DNA of 64,000 nt from Pseudomonadota bacterium (GTDB lineage: Bacteria; Pseudomonadota; Alphaproteobacteria; Rhodobacterales; Rhodobacteraceae). The number at the start of each line of letters is the position of its first letter. Positions within the stretch are counted from its first letter, which is position 1. The notes under the pieces are model-generated. The model was not told the DNA's origin. It ran no database searches and worked only from the letters and a program-made list of their open reading frames with translations. The position numbers and the translations under genes were made by a program. The stretch covers positions 723 through 64,722 of the forward strand of contig JBDKFE010000090.1 in NCBI GenBank assembly GCA_039798885.1, read 5' to 3'. Below are positions 43,780 through 53,855 of this stretch, one piece after another.

Positions 43780-45573
43780 ATGTTCCAAAGCTTCGAGACG
43801 ACGGCCGATCCTTCTGCCGGGCCGGGGCGTCTGGCGCGGTTGCGCGACCATCTGCGGGCCGAAGGGTTGGCGGGGTTCCTTGTGCCGCGGGCGGATGTGC
43901 ATCAGGGCGAATATGTCGCCGCGCGGGATGAGCGGTTGCAATGGCTGACGGGGTTCACGGGATCGGCGGGCTTTGCCGTGGTGCTGCCAGAGGTGGCGGG
44001 GGTTTTCATCGACGGGCGCTACCGGGTGCAGGTGAAGCAGCAGGTGGACCTGTCGGCCTTCACCCCTGTCCCGTGGCCCGAGGTGAAGCCGGGGCCGTGG
44101 ATCGTGGAGCATCTGGCCGAGGGCGTCGTGGGCTTTGATCCGTGGCTGCACACGGCGGATGAGATCGCGCGGATCGAGGCGGCGCTGGGGTCTTCGGTGC
44201 AATTGAGGCCGGTTGGCAATGCCGTGGATGCGATCTGGGCCGACCAGCCCGCGCCGCCGCTGGGCGTGGCCTTCCCCCATCCTGTCACGCTGGCGGGCGA
44301 GAGTTCCGTGGCAAAGCGGGCGCGGCTGGCCGAAGGGCTGCGCAAGGCGGGGCAAGGGGCGGCGGTGATCACGCTGCCCGACTCGCTGTGCTGGCTGTTG
44401 AACCTGCGGGGGGCGGATGTGCCGCGCAATCCGATCCTGCATGGCTTTGCCATCCTGCGGGCGGATGGGACGGTGGACGCTTTCATCGCCGCGCCGAAAC
44501 TGGGCGATGCCGCGCGCAAGGCGCTGGATGCGGGCGTACGGCTGCAGGGGGTAGAGGATTTCGAGCCTGCGCTGAGGGCGCTGTCCGGCACGGTCCGGGT
44601 GGACCGGGCGACCGCGCCCTTGGCCGTGTCGCGGATCATCGAGGCGGCAGGGGGCATGGTCGCTTGGGGCGATGATCCCTGCCGCCTGCCAAAGGCCGCC
44701 AAGAATACAGCCGAAGTGCAGGGGATGCGCGAGGCGCATCTGCGTGACGGGGCGGCGGTGGTGGAGTTCCTGTGCTGGCTGGACCGCGCCGCGCCTGCGG
44801 GCGGGTTGACCGAGATCGACGTTGTCACCGCGTTGGAAGGGTATCGGCGCGCGACCAATGTGCTGCATGACATCAGCTTTGACACGATCTGCGGGGCGGG
44901 GCCGAACGGGGCCATCATGCATTACCGTGTGACGCAGGACACCAACCGCCCCGTGCGGCGGGAGGAGTTGCTGCTGGTGGATTCCGGCGCGCAATATGCG
45001 GATGGCACCACCGACATCACCCGCACCATCGCCGTGGGCGATCCGGGGGCCGAGGCGCGCGATTGCTATACCCGCGTGTTGCAGGGCCTGATTGCCATTT
45101 CCCGTGTCCGCTGGCCGCGCGGCGTTTCGGGGCGCGATCTGGATGCGCTGGCGCGGTTTCCCCTTTGGGTGGCGGGGCAGGATTTCGACCATGGCACGGG
45201 GCATGGCGTGGGGGCCTTTCTGTCGGTGCATGAGGGGCCGCAGCGCATCTCGCGCCTGTCCGAAGTGCCGCTGGAGCCGGGGATGATCCTGTCCAACGAA
45301 CCGGGCTATTACCGCGAGGGGGCCTTTGGCATCCGGCTGGAGAACCTGATCGTGGTGCAAGAGGCACCCGCCTTGGGCGACAACCGCGACCAGCTGTGCT
45401 TTGAGACGCTGACCTTCGCCCCCTTTGACCGCCGCCTGATCCGCGCCGACCGCCTGTCCCCGGACGAGCGCGACTGGCTGGACGCTTATCACGCCGAGGT
45501 GGTGGCAAAGCTGTCGCCGCGCCTGTCTGCCCCGGCGCGGGATTGGCTGGCGGCGGCCTGCGCGCCGATCTAG
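43780..45573 (+). CDS. pepP: Aminopeptidase P (Xaa-Pro aminopeptidase, M24B)
   Basis: ORF from 43768. ATG 43780 (MFQSF...) has a GAGGGG SD. Metal ligand motifs HGTGHGVG and SNEPGYY. Confidence 0.85.
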   Translation: MFQSFETTADPSAGPGRLARLRDHLRAEGLAGFLVPRADVHQGEYVAARDERLQWLTGFTGSAGFAVVLPEVAGVFIDGRYRVQVKQQVDLSAFTPVPWPEVKPGPWIVEHLAEGVVGFDPWLHTADEIARIEAALGSSVQLRPVGNAVDAIWADQPAPPLGVAFPHPVTLAGESSVAKRARLAEGLRKAGQGAAVITLPDSLCWLLNLRGADVPRNPILHGFAILRADGTVDAFIAAPKLGDAARKALDAGVRLQGVEDFEPALRALSGTVRVDRATAPLAVSRIIEAAGGMVAWGDDPCRLPKAAKNTAEVQGMREAHLRDGAAVVEFLCWLDRAAPAGGLTEIDVVTALEGYRRATNVLHDISFDTICGAGPNGAIMHYRVTQDTNRPVRREELLLVDSGAQYADGTTDITRTIAVGDPGAEARDCYTRVLQGLIAISRVRWPRGVSGRDLDALARFPLWVAGQDFDHGTGHGVGAFLSVHEGPQRISRLSEVPLEPGMILSNEPGYYREGAFGIRLENLIVVQEAPALGDNRDQLCFETLTFAPFDRRLIRADRLSPDERDWLDAYHAEVVAKLSPRLSAPARDWLAAACAPI

Positions 45574-45610
45574 GCAGCGTGGCGCAGGGCGTAGCGGGCG
45601 GGCGGTGGGG

Positions 45611-46513
45611 CTAAGCCTGTTCCCCGTCCGGCCCCTGTCCTGATCCGGCCTTCGTCGGCCAGACCTCTAGCAGCCCGGACAGGATCACCAGCGCGCCGCC
45701 GATCATTTCGCTGGTCGACAGGCTTTCGCCTGCGAAGATCGCCGCTGTGACGGCGCCGAAGACGACCTCGGTCATCAACAGGATGCCCACCCGCGCCGGG
45801 TCAAGCCGGACGGCCGCCCACATCAGCGCGGCGATGGACAGAACCCACCAGAAACCCCCGGTCAAGAGGACCTGAACCGCGATGACGGGCAGGTCCCCCT
45901 GTGCAATCGCGGGAACGGGTTCAAGGACGGGCGCAAGCGCGAGGGAGATGACCGCCGCGCCAAGGGCAAAGAGAAAGGCCGAAGGCATGGGTGTCACATC
46001 GGACCTGAGCCGCATCCCGGCGGTGGCGAAGGCCCAGATCAGGCCGCCGATGAAGGCCATCCACTCTCCCAGATTGCCGGGAATCGGGACACCGCCATCT
46101 CCGCCCAGCATGATGAAAAGACCGGCAAGACCGACTGCGATGGCAAGCAGGCGCAAAAGCGGAACCTGCGCGCGCAGCAGATACCGGGTGATCAGCACGC
46201 TCCAGACCGGGCTGAAGAACCACAGCAGCACGACCAGCGCGACTTTGCCGTAGAGGAAACCGATGGAATAGAGGGCAAAGGCCGCCCCGCCCAGCGCGAT
46301 GGACAGGATGCCGACCCTGTCCCTGCCGCGCAGCGCAGCTTTGTCCGCAAGGACGAAGGGCAGCAGGACAAGGGCGGCGGCCAACGTGATCGCGCCTGTG
46401 CCCCATGCGCCGTCCAGCCCCCGATCCGCAAGGTCGCGCACCGGCACCCAATAGACGCCCCAGACGATCCCGGTAAGCAGCACGATAGCCGAGGCGAGAC
46501 CACTTTTGCCCAT
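45611..46513 (-). CDS. DMT-superfamily (EamA) transporter
   Basis: 300 aa with ten predicted TM helices in two EamA repeats. Confidence 0.8.
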   Translation of the reverse strand: MGKSGLASAIVLLTGIVWGVYWVPVRDLADRGLDGAWGTGAITLAAALVLLPFVLADKAALRGRDRVGILSIALGGAAFALYSIGFLYGKVALVVLLWFFSPVWSVLITRYLLRAQVPLLRLLAIAVGLAGLFIMLGGDGGVPIPGNLGEWMAFIGGLIWAFATAGMRLRSDVTPMPSAFLFALGAAVISLALAPVLEPVPAIAQGDLPVIAVQVLLTGGFWWVLSIAALMWAAVRLDPARVGILLMTEVVFGAVTAAIFAGESLSTSEMIGGALVILSGLLEVWPTKAGSGQGPDGEQA

Positions 46514-46668
46514 CTGTCTTTCCTGCTCCGATCCTTTGGCTGTAAAGACAGCACCCGCCGCATCTAGGGCCTAAGGTAGTGCAGCGACAGGCGATTTCCC
46601 CCTGCCGACGCGACCGCGCCCGGTCGCGACAGGGCGCCAACGGTCAGGGTGGATTGCGGCGGCCGGGG

Positions 46669-47775
46669 CTAGTGTCGGGGCGGCGGGATCAGGACGATCT
46701 TGCCGATATGACGCTTTTCCTGAAAGGCGGCCTGTGCTGCGGCGATCTGGTCCAGCGGATAGGTCGCCGCCAGAAGGGGCCGGATCTCGCCCCGTTCGAC
46801 ATAGGACACAAGGTCGGGAAAGACCGGCGCATCCCATGCCGTGCAGCCGATCAGCGCGATGTCCTTTAGGTACATGTCGCGCAGGTCCAACGCCACCACC
46901 GGCCCGGCGATGGCCCCAGAGGACACGTAGCGTCCCCCGCGCCGCAGCAGCTTTAGCATCCCGCCAAAGGCCGCCCCGCCCACATTGTCGATGACGACAT
47001 CCATGCTTTCGGCCCCAAGCGTGGCAATGGGATCGTCGGCACGGTCCAGAACGCGCGCCGCGCCAAGATGGCGAAGCGCGTCCCGCTTTGCCCCGGTTGA
47101 AATGGCGACCACCTCGGCATCGCGGCGCTTGAGCAATTGGATCAGCGCGGACCCCACGCCGCCCGACGCCCCCGGAATCAGGACCCTTTGGCCGGGACGG
47201 ATGCCTGCGCGCTGGATCATATTCTCGGCCGTGCCATAGGCGCAGGGAAGGGTCGCGAGTTCCGCATCGGTCCAGTCGCAGGCAATGGGGAAGACCTCGC
47301 CCTCTGGCACTTTCACATATTGCGCGAAGGCCCCGTCGAAATCCGTGCCCAGCCAGACGGTGTCCATCCCGGCAAAGCCCGCCTTGCGCATGCAGGACCG
47401 CACGAGGACCCGCGCCCCGATCCGCCCCGGGTCGCCCCCCGGCCCAACGGACACCACGCGCCCGCAGCAATCGGCCCCTTGGATCAGGGGAAAGGGCGTC
47501 GCCCCGGTCCAGCCGCCACCCTGCCGGTCCGGGTCCGCGACGGTGGCATCCGTGCCGCCCGTCACCGATCCGGCATACCAGCCCAGCCGCGTGTTGATGT
47601 CGGTGTTGTTGACCCCGGCGGCCAGCACCTTCAGCAGAACCTCGCCGGAGGCGGGAACCGGAATCGGCACCTGCCGCAGGGCAAGGCGGTCATAGCCGCC
47701 AGTGCCCGTCGTGACGACGGCCATCATCTGGCCGTCGACGGGTGGTGAAACAGGGTTCGCCGCAGCTTGTGCCAT
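46669..47775 (-). CDS. Zinc-type alcohol dehydrogenase / quinone oxidoreductase (MDR family)
   Basis: ORF 46669..47811. ATG 47775 has a GGAAAGAG SD. GroES-like N-domain (…GEVLLKVLAAGVNNTD…) and Rossmann motif IPGASGGVG. Confidence 0.8.
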   Translation of the reverse strand: MAQAAANPVSPPVDGQMMAVVTTGTGGYDRLALRQVPIPVPASGEVLLKVLAAGVNNTDINTRLGWYAGSVTGGTDATVADPDRQGGGWTGATPFPLIQGADCCGRVVSVGPGGDPGRIGARVLVRSCMRKAGFAGMDTVWLGTDFDGAFAQYVKVPEGEVFPIACDWTDAELATLPCAYGTAENMIQRAGIRPGQRVLIPGASGGVGSALIQLLKRRDAEVVAISTGAKRDALRHLGAARVLDRADDPIATLGAESMDVVIDNVGGAAFGGMLKLLRRGGRYVSSGAIAGPVVALDLRDMYLKDIALIGCTAWDAPVFPDLVSYVERGEIRPLLAATYPLDQIAAAQAAFQEKRHIGKIVLIPPPRH

Positions 47776-47983
47776 TGGATCGTCGCTCTTTCCACATATG
47801 CAAGCCAGCATAGGCCCAGACCTGACCCGCCGCCCATGCCCAATTCAATGCCTGGACGGTTAGGTCGCATGTCTGGAACGAGCGGGCGAACGCCGATTTC
47901 CGACGCCGCCGTTGCGCCAAGCCGTGTCAGCCTGCATCCTTGCAGGCATTCAAGAACAGAACTGCAAACGGGGGGAGGACGCC

Positions 47984-48325
47984 ATGAGCGTGTCGATCAT
48001 GATCCGGCCCGTGCCGGGGCGGTATATCGTGCGGGCCAGTGGGGCCATCATCGGGGAAACGGACCGCGCGCTGGAACTGGTCGAGGGGTCGCGACCCCCG
48101 GTCCTGTACGTCCCGCGCGAGGATGTGGCGATGGCGCTTTTGGACCGATCCGACCGCCAATCCACCTGCCCTCTGAAGGGTGAGGCGAGCTATTACAGCG
48201 TCATCACCCCCGAGGCGCGGCTGGAAAATGCCGTCTGGTCCTACGAAAACCCGGTTGCCGGGGCCGAAGCCATCGCCGGGCATTTGGCCTTTTACGCGGA
48301 CAAGGTGCGGGTAGAGCCGCGCTAG
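47984..48325 (+). CDS. DUF427-domain protein
   Basis: ORF from 47912 trimmed to ATG 47984 (GGGGGGAGGA SD). ...PVLYVPREDV...STCPLKGEASYYSV...AFYADKV pattern. Confidence 0.75.
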   Translation: MSVSIMIRPVPGRYIVRASGAIIGETDRALELVEGSRPPVLYVPREDVAMALLDRSDRQSTCPLKGEASYYSVITPEARLENAVWSYENPVAGAEAIAGHLAFYADKVRVEPR

Positions 48326-48744
48326 GCAGCCTCTGCCGCGACCTTGCGGATGCGTTCGACCATGGCGCGCAGGCCGTTGGAGCGCTGCGAGGAGAGGTGT
48401 TCGTTCAACCCCAGTCGGGCCAATTCGGCGGGGGCGTCCACCTTGCCGACCTCGGCCACGGGCAGGCCCGCATAAAGCGCGTGCAGGACCGCGATCAGCC
48501 CCTTGACGATCATCGCGTCGCTGTCGCCCTGAAAGTCGAAGCGCCCGTCCGCGATCACCGGTTGCAGCCAGACCTGTGACGCGCAGCCCTGCACCTTGGT
48601 CGCGGGCACCTTGAACGCGTCGTCCATGGGCGGGAAGGCCTTGCCCAGTTCGATGACATGGCGGTAGCGGTCTTCCCAATCGTCGAGGAAGTCGAAGGTT
48701 TCGGCTAGGTCTTCAAAGGCGGGGGTGGCCATCGTCTGCTCCAT
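48322..48744 (-). CDS. sufE: SufE-family sulfur acceptor protein
   Basis: ...DWEDRYRHVIELG...KVQGCASQVWL... with the conserved Cys. Alternative start at 48732. Confidence 0.8.
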   Translation of the reverse strand: MEQTMATPAFEDLAETFDFLDDWEDRYRHVIELGKAFPPMDDAFKVPATKVQGCASQVWLQPVIADGRFDFQGDSDAMIVKGLIAVLHALYAGLPVAEVGKVDAPAELARLGLNEHLSSQRSNGLRAMVERIRKVAAEAA

Positions 48745-48855
48745 GCGCTGTGCTTGACCTAGGGCCTTCGCGGGAAAAGGTCCACCCTTTCAGGGGGTGC
48801 TTTTCAAAGCGCGCGGCATGGGCTACCCAAGGGGACAGAGGAACGGGGGACCGGA

Positions 48856-49317
48856 ATGAGACGGAGAGTTCTGCTGGGACTGGGTGCCGCCGCGCTGGTG
48901 GCAAGCTGCGGACGCATCCGCGACTCGCGCCTGAACCCGTTCAACTGGTTCGGCGGCGCGCGCCGCCGCGAACGCGTGGCCGATACCCGCCCGGCCGAGG
49001 TGCAGGATGCCCGCCTGCTGGTGGCCGAGGTCGTGTCGCTGTCGGTCGATCCCTACAGCGCCGGGGCCATCGTGCGGGCCAAGGGCGTACCGCCGTCGCA
49101 GGGCTATTGGGATGCGGAACTGGTCGCCCGACCCATCGACGAAAACGGCGTGCAGGTCTACGACTTCCGCGTCTTCCCGCCCGTGACGCCCACCGATCCC
49201 GGCACGCCGCAATCGCGCGAGATCACGGTGGCCACGTCCATTTCCAACGTGAAGCTGGACCAGATCACGGAAATCGTGGTGCAGGGCGAAACGAACGCGC
49301 TGTCGTCGCGCCGCTGA
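48856..49317 (+). CDS. Hypothetical lipoprotein
   Basis: 153 aa with lipobox LVASC after MRRRVLLGLGAAA. Confidence 0.6.
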   Translation: MRRRVLLGLGAAALVASCGRIRDSRLNPFNWFGGARRRERVADTRPAEVQDARLLVAEVVSLSVDPYSAGAIVRAKGVPPSQGYWDAELVARPIDENGVQVYDFRVFPPVTPTDPGTPQSREITVATSISNVKLDQITEIVVQGETNALSSRR

Positions 49318-49324
49318 GACCCGC

Positions 49325-50482
49325 CTAAAGCCGGACCACCCGCACTTCGGACCCTTTGGCAGACAGCGCGATCTCGCCCTTGCAAAGGCGGATGGCGTCT
49401 TCGCCGAAGGCTTCGAAGCGCCAGCCTGTCAGCGCCTCCACCTCGCGTTCGCCCGCCGCGATGGCGTCAAGGTCGGCGGCCGAGGCGATGAGCTTTGAGG
49501 CCACGCCCAACTGTTCCGACTTGGCCTTCAACAGCACGCGCAGAAGATCGGCCAGCGCGGGATTGACCTGCATCTGCTCGCGGCTGATGTCCGGCTTGGG
49601 CATGTCTTCGGGCTTCATCTCTAACCCGGCCTTGATCGCGGCGAGGATGCCTTCGGCAATCTCGGGCTTGCGGCCTTCGCGCAGCAGCAGGCGGGACCGG
49701 CCCAATTCCTCCATCGTGGCGGGGCGGGTCGAGGCGAGTTCCAGCAGCGCATCATCCTTCATCACGCGCGAGCGCGGCACGTTCTGGCGCTGGGCGTAAT
49801 CTTCGCGGAAGCGGGCGAGTTCCTTGACCACGGCAAGGAAGCGGCCGGAATTGGTGCGGGTCTTGACGCGCAGCCATGCCTCGTCGGGGTGGACGGTATA
49901 GGTGGCGGGATCGGTGAGGATCGCCAACTCCTCTTCCACCCATTTGGTCCGGCCGTTCTTGGACAGTTGCGCGGCCAGCCATTCGTAGATGACGCGCAGG
50001 TGGGTCACATCGGCCAGCGCATATTCCTGCTGGGCGGTGGACAGCGGGCGGCGCGACCAGTCGGTGAAGCGCGAGGTCTTGTCGAGGTTCTGCTTGGCGA
50101 TCTTCTTGACCAGCGTCTCGTATCCGACCTGTTCGCCAAAGCCGCAGACCATGGCCGCGACCTGCGTGTCAAAGAGCGGTTCGGGAAAGACCTTGCCTTC
50201 CACGAAGAAGATTTCCAGATCCTGCCGCGCCGCGTGGAAGACCTTGACCGTCGCCTTGTGGCGGAAGAGGTCGTAGAGCGGTTCCATCGACATGCCCTCG
50301 CCCTCGATCGGGTCGACGAGGACGGCGTCCCCATCCTTGCCCGGCAGGGCCATCTGGATCAGGCAAAGCTTGGACCAATAGGTCCGCTCGCGCAGGAATT
50401 CCGTGTCGATGGTGACATAGGGGTGGGATTTGGCAGCGTCGCAGAAGGCGGCAAGGTCTTCGGTGGTTGTGATCGTTCGCAT
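49325..50482 (-). CDS. rnd: Ribonuclease D
   Basis: ORF 49325..50509 trimmed to ATG 50482 (MRTITTTEDLAAF...). DEDD exonuclease motif VTIDTEFLRE plus an HRDC region. Confidence 0.85.
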   Translation of the reverse strand: MRTITTTEDLAAFCDAAKSHPYVTIDTEFLRERTYWSKLCLIQMALPGKDGDAVLVDPIEGEGMSMEPLYDLFRHKATVKVFHAARQDLEIFFVEGKVFPEPLFDTQVAAMVCGFGEQVGYETLVKKIAKQNLDKTSRFTDWSRRPLSTAQQEYALADVTHLRVIYEWLAAQLSKNGRTKWVEEELAILTDPATYTVHPDEAWLRVKTRTNSGRFLAVVKELARFREDYAQRQNVPRSRVMKDDALLELASTRPATMEELGRSRLLLREGRKPEIAEGILAAIKAGLEMKPEDMPKPDISREQMQVNPALADLLRVLLKAKSEQLGVASKLIASAADLDAIAAGEREVEALTGWRFEAFGEDAIRLCKGEIALSAKGSEVRVVRL

Positions 50483-50589
50483 CAGCCTTCCGTCCAGCCA
50501 GAGGGGCACGGGGTCATCCCGCGCTTTCCGCTATAGCGATTTGTGACGGAATTGAAAGACCCCCACCCGGAAAGGCTGCGTTGCGCTTG

Positions 50590-50720
50590 TCCATCGGGTG
50601 TAGGGCGGAGCGCGGGCAAGGCCCGCGCCTGCCCTTTGCCTCGCCTGTGCGCTTGCGCGCTTCGGCTCAGGGGCGGGGGCCAGCCCCCGCGCCCCCGGGA
50701 TATTTGGGGACGGAAAATGT
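50590..50720 (+). repeat. TATTTGGG-core intergenic repeat, copy 5
   Basis: A long GC-rich module (GCGGGCAAGGCCCGC, CTTCGGCTC, GCGGGGG-ccag-CCCCCGC) followed by core GGGATATTTGGGGACGGAAAATG (50697-50719). The core abuts the purN stop codon (TCA 50720-50722). Confidence 0.7.
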
Positions 50721-51313
50721 CAGAGAAAGAGCGGGGTGCGGTCGCCAGAGGCGAAGCGGCGCAGGACGGCGGGGTAGAGGCGGTGTTCCTGGGTCAGCAC
50801 GCGGGCGGCCAGCGTGTCGGCGGTGTCGCCCGGCAGGACCGGGACGCGGGCCTGACCAAGGATGGGGCCGTCGTCAAGGATGGGGGTGACGTCGTGGACG
50901 GTGCAGCCCGCCTCGGCATCGCCTGCGTCCAGCGCGCGCTGGTGGGTGTGCAGGCCCGGGTATTTGGGCAAGAGCGAGGGGTGGATGTTCAGCATCCGCC
51001 CCGCGAAGCGGCCGACGAAAGCGGGGGTGAGGACGCGCATGAAGCCTGCGAGGCAGAGGATGTCGGGGCGGGCGGCGAGGATCGGGGCCAGCAGCGCCGA
51101 TTCAAAAGCGGCGCGGTCCTTGCCGAAGGGGCGGTGGTCCACGGCGGCGGTGGGAACGCCCAGCGCGGCGGCCTTGGCGAGCCCCCCAGCTGCGGGATCG
51201 TTGGAGGCGACGAGGACCGGGGTCGCCGGATGCCCTGCTTCGGCCATGTCGCGCAGCAGGGCCAGCATGTTGGAGCCACCCCCGGAAATCAGGATGGCAA
51301 CCCGTTTCGTCAC
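50720..51313 (-). CDS. purN: Phosphoribosylglycinamide formyltransferase
   Basis: 197 aa: [16 protein letters not shown]...NIHPSLLP... Confidence 0.9.
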   Translation of the reverse strand: MTKRVAILISGGGSNMLALLRDMAEAGHPATPVLVASNDPAAGGLAKAAALGVPTAAVDHRPFGKDRAAFESALLAPILAARPDILCLAGFMRVLTPAFVGRFAGRMLNIHPSLLPKYPGLHTHQRALDAGDAEAGCTVHDVTPILDDGPILGQARVPVLPGDTADTLAARVLTQEHRLYPAVLRRFASGDRTPLFL

Positions 51314-52347
51314 AGGAGGCGGCCCTTGTAGACGACCCCCTGCCCTTCCACGACGCGGCCAAGGCGCGTCACCGTTTCACCCGCATCCACGAGGAGCGCG
51401 GACAGCGTCTCGGCCCGGTCTTCGGCCACGACGAGGATCATGCCAATCCCGCAGTTGAAGGTTTTCAGCAGTTCCGCCTGGTCCATGTTCGCCTGCGTGG
51501 CGAGCCAGCGGAACACCGGGGGCAGCTGCCATGTGCCAAGGTCGATCTCGCAGGCGAGCCCTTCGGGCAGGACGCGGGGCGGGTTTTCGGTCAGGCCGCC
51601 GCCGGTGATATGCGCGAGCCCATGCACGCCGCCCGCGCGGATCGCGGCCAGCGCCTGTTTGACATAAAGCCGCGTGGGGGCGAGCAGTGCCGCGCCCAGC
51701 GTGCCCTCGGCAAAGGGGCAAGGCGCGTCCCAACCAAGGCCCGACAGGTCCACCACCTTGCGCACGAAGCTGTAGCCGTTGGAATGCACCCCGTTCGAGG
51801 CGAGGCCCAGCAGCACGTCGCCCGCCTGCACCCCTGCCGGAAGGTCCGTCCCCCGTTCCATCGCGCCCACGGCAAAGCCTGCGAGGTCGAAGTCGCCCTT
51901 GTGATACATGCCGGGCATTTCCGCCGTTTCGCCCCCGATCAGGGCGCAGCCCGACGCCGCGCACCCGGCAGCGATGCCGTCGATGATGCGGGCGGCCTGA
52001 TCGACATCCAGCTTGCCGGTCGCGAAATAGTCGAGGAAGAGCAGCGGCTCGGCCCCCTGACAGACGAGGTCGTTGACGCACATGGCGACAAGGTCGATGC
52101 CAATCGTATCAACGTTGCCCGTATCGATGGCAATCCGCAGTTTCGTGCCCACCCCGTCGGTCGCGGCGACGAGGATCGGGTCGCTGTAGCCTGCGGCCTT
52201 TAGGTCGAAAAGCGCGCCGAACCCGCCAAGGCCCGACATCGTGCCGGGGCGGTTCGTCCGCTTTGCGGCGGGCTTGATCCGTTCGACCAGCGCGTTGCCC
52301 GCGTCGATGTCCACGCCTGCCTGCGCATAGGTAAGGCCGTTCTTCAT
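51310..52347 (-). CDS. purM: Phosphoribosylformylglycinamidine cyclo-ligase (AIR synthetase)
   Basis: ORF 51310..52542 trimmed to ATG 52347 ([18 protein letters not shown]...). Forms an ATGA overlap with purN. Confidence 0.9.
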   Translation of the reverse strand: MKNGLTYAQAGVDIDAGNALVERIKPAAKRTNRPGTMSGLGGFGALFDLKAAGYSDPILVAATDGVGTKLRIAIDTGNVDTIGIDLVAMCVNDLVCQGAEPLLFLDYFATGKLDVDQAARIIDGIAAGCAASGCALIGGETAEMPGMYHKGDFDLAGFAVGAMERGTDLPAGVQAGDVLLGLASNGVHSNGYSFVRKVVDLSGLGWDAPCPFAEGTLGAALLAPTRLYVKQALAAIRAGGVHGLAHITGGGLTENPPRVLPEGLACEIDLGTWQLPPVFRWLATQANMDQAELLKTFNCGIGMILVVAEDRAETLSALLVDAGETVTRLGRVVEGQGVVYKGRLL

Positions 52348-52711
52348 GGGATGCCGCTCCGCCGCTCTGCCGCCGATGGGGCGGGGCATATACCAGCCCT
52401 TTCCCCATCGCAACGCCGGATGCCGCAGCGCGCGGGAATGACCCGGATCAAGCCGCGCGGCACGGTCCCGTGGCAAAGGATTTGCCGGATGGACAGGGCC
52501 GAGAGGCGGTCTGCCATGTCCCGCCTGTTCCTGCGTTTGCATGCCCGGACCGATCCGTCGCAGGGCGGTGCCTTCGTCATCGTCCTGCTGACCTTGGGCA
52601 GGGCCGAGGCGCGGCCCATCCTGCTTGCCTGCGTTGCGGGCCTTGCGGCGGGATTGCCCATCGCGCCCTCACTACCCGCATCGTCTGGGCGGCTGATCCG
52701 CGCCTCGCCGC

Positions 52712-52740
52712 TTGACCGTCCCGCGGCTGTGGCTTACCGA
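52712..52740 (+). promoter_or_regulatory. Possible sigma-70-type promoter of tRNA-Met
   Basis: TTGACC (52712-52717), a 17-nt spacer, then TACCGA (52735-52740), about 9 nt before the tRNA 5' end. The -10 element is weak. Confidence 0.35.
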
Positions 52741-52749
52741 CAGGGGCAT

Positions 52750-52822
52750 GGGGCTGTAGCTCAATGGTTAGAGCCGGGCGCTCATAACGCCTTGGTTGGG
52801 GGTTCGAGTCCCTCCGGCCCTA
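52750..52822 (+). tRNA. tRNA with anticodon CAT (elongator Met, or Ile2 if lysidine-modified); CCA not encoded
   Basis: GGGGCTG-TA-GCTC-AATGGTTA-GAGC, anticodon stem-loop GGGCG-CTCATAA-CGCCT, T-arm GGGGG-TTCGAGT-CCCTC, acceptor 3' strand CGGCCCT. The anticodon stem lacks the three consecutive G:C pairs of an initiator tRNA. Confidence 0.85.
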
Positions 52823-52843
52823 CATCGCCTTCCCGCCGGACGG

Positions 52844-53845
52844 TCAGCGCACCACGAACCCGTGGGCGAAGGGGTCACGGTCGTCGATGAAGATGGTGTT
52901 ATAGCCCGTCATCCGCGCCCATCCGGCGATAGAGGGGATGATGGCCCCCCGCCCCGCCACCTGTGTTGCCGCCTCTACCCGGCCTTTGAAGATGGACCCG
53001 ATGATGCTTTCGTGGTGGAACGCGTCGCCCACCGCCAACGTCCCCCGCGCCGCAAGCTGCGCCATGCGGGCCGAGGTGCCGGTCCCGCAGGGGCTGCGGT
53101 CAATCGCCTTGTCGCCATAGAAAACCGCGTTGCGCCCGTGTGCCCCCGCCACCGTGGGCTTGCCCGTCCACATCACATGGGACAGCCCGTTGATCGCCGG
53201 ATGTTCGGGATGCACGAAGTCGTATTTCGCATTCAGCGCGGCCCGCAGCTTGCGCGCCCAGTCGATCAACTGCCCCGCCGTATGATCTGCCATGTCGGCA
53301 AAGACCTTCTGCGGCTCGACGATGGCGTAGAAATTCCCGCCATAGGCGACGTCCACCACGACCTCGCCCAGCCCCTCCACCTCTGCCGTCAGCCCTGAGG
53401 CGAAGAGGAAGGAGGCGACGTTGGTCAGACGCACCTCCTCGACGAATCTTCCTTCTTGCACATAGGCGATGTCCACCTTGCCCGCAGGGGCATCGATGGA
53501 CAGGCGTCCCGGCGCGCGGGGGGTGATCAAGCCGTTTTCGATCCCCATGGTGATCGTCCCGATGGTGCCATGGCCGCACATGGGCAGACAGCCCGAGGTT
53601 TCGATGAACAGCACCCCCACATCGCAATCCGCCCGCGTCGGCGGGTAGAGGATCGACCCCGACATCATGTCATGCCCGCGCGGTTCGAACATCAGCCCCG
53701 TGCGGATCCAGTCGAAGTCGCGCAGGAAATGCGCGCGACGCTCCAGCATCGTGGCGCCGTCCAGTCGCGGCCCGCCGCCCGCGACCAAGCGCACGGGATT
53801 GCCGCAGGTATGCCCGTCGATGCAGGTAAAGGTGTGGACGGCCAT
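52844..53845 (-). CDS. Proline racemase-superfamily enzyme, 4-hydroxyproline 2-epimerase-like
   Basis: 333 aa. Both catalytic positions are Cys (…LPMCGHGTIG… and …DRSPCGTGTSA…), indicating the epimerase/racemase class rather than the dehydratase class. Confidence 0.85.
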   Translation of the reverse strand: MAVHTFTCIDGHTCGNPVRLVAGGGPRLDGATMLERRAHFLRDFDWIRTGLMFEPRGHDMMSGSILYPPTRADCDVGVLFIETSGCLPMCGHGTIGTITMGIENGLITPRAPGRLSIDAPAGKVDIAYVQEGRFVEEVRLTNVASFLFASGLTAEVEGLGEVVVDVAYGGNFYAIVEPQKVFADMADHTAGQLIDWARKLRAALNAKYDFVHPEHPAINGLSHVMWTGKPTVAGAHGRNAVFYGDKAIDRSPCGTGTSARMAQLAARGTLAVGDAFHHESIIGSIFKGRVEAATQVAGRGAIIPSIAGWARMTGYNTIFIDDRDPFAHGFVVR

Positions 53846-53855
53846 GCGCGCCTCG

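Noticed and set aside
52351-52890. 179-aa ORF spanning the purM-tRNA gap.
   Set aside because: It reads straight through the tRNA-Met gene and into the opposite-strand epimerase gene. At most its first ~55 codons after ATG 52516 look like a gene remnant (reported as a low-interest finding).
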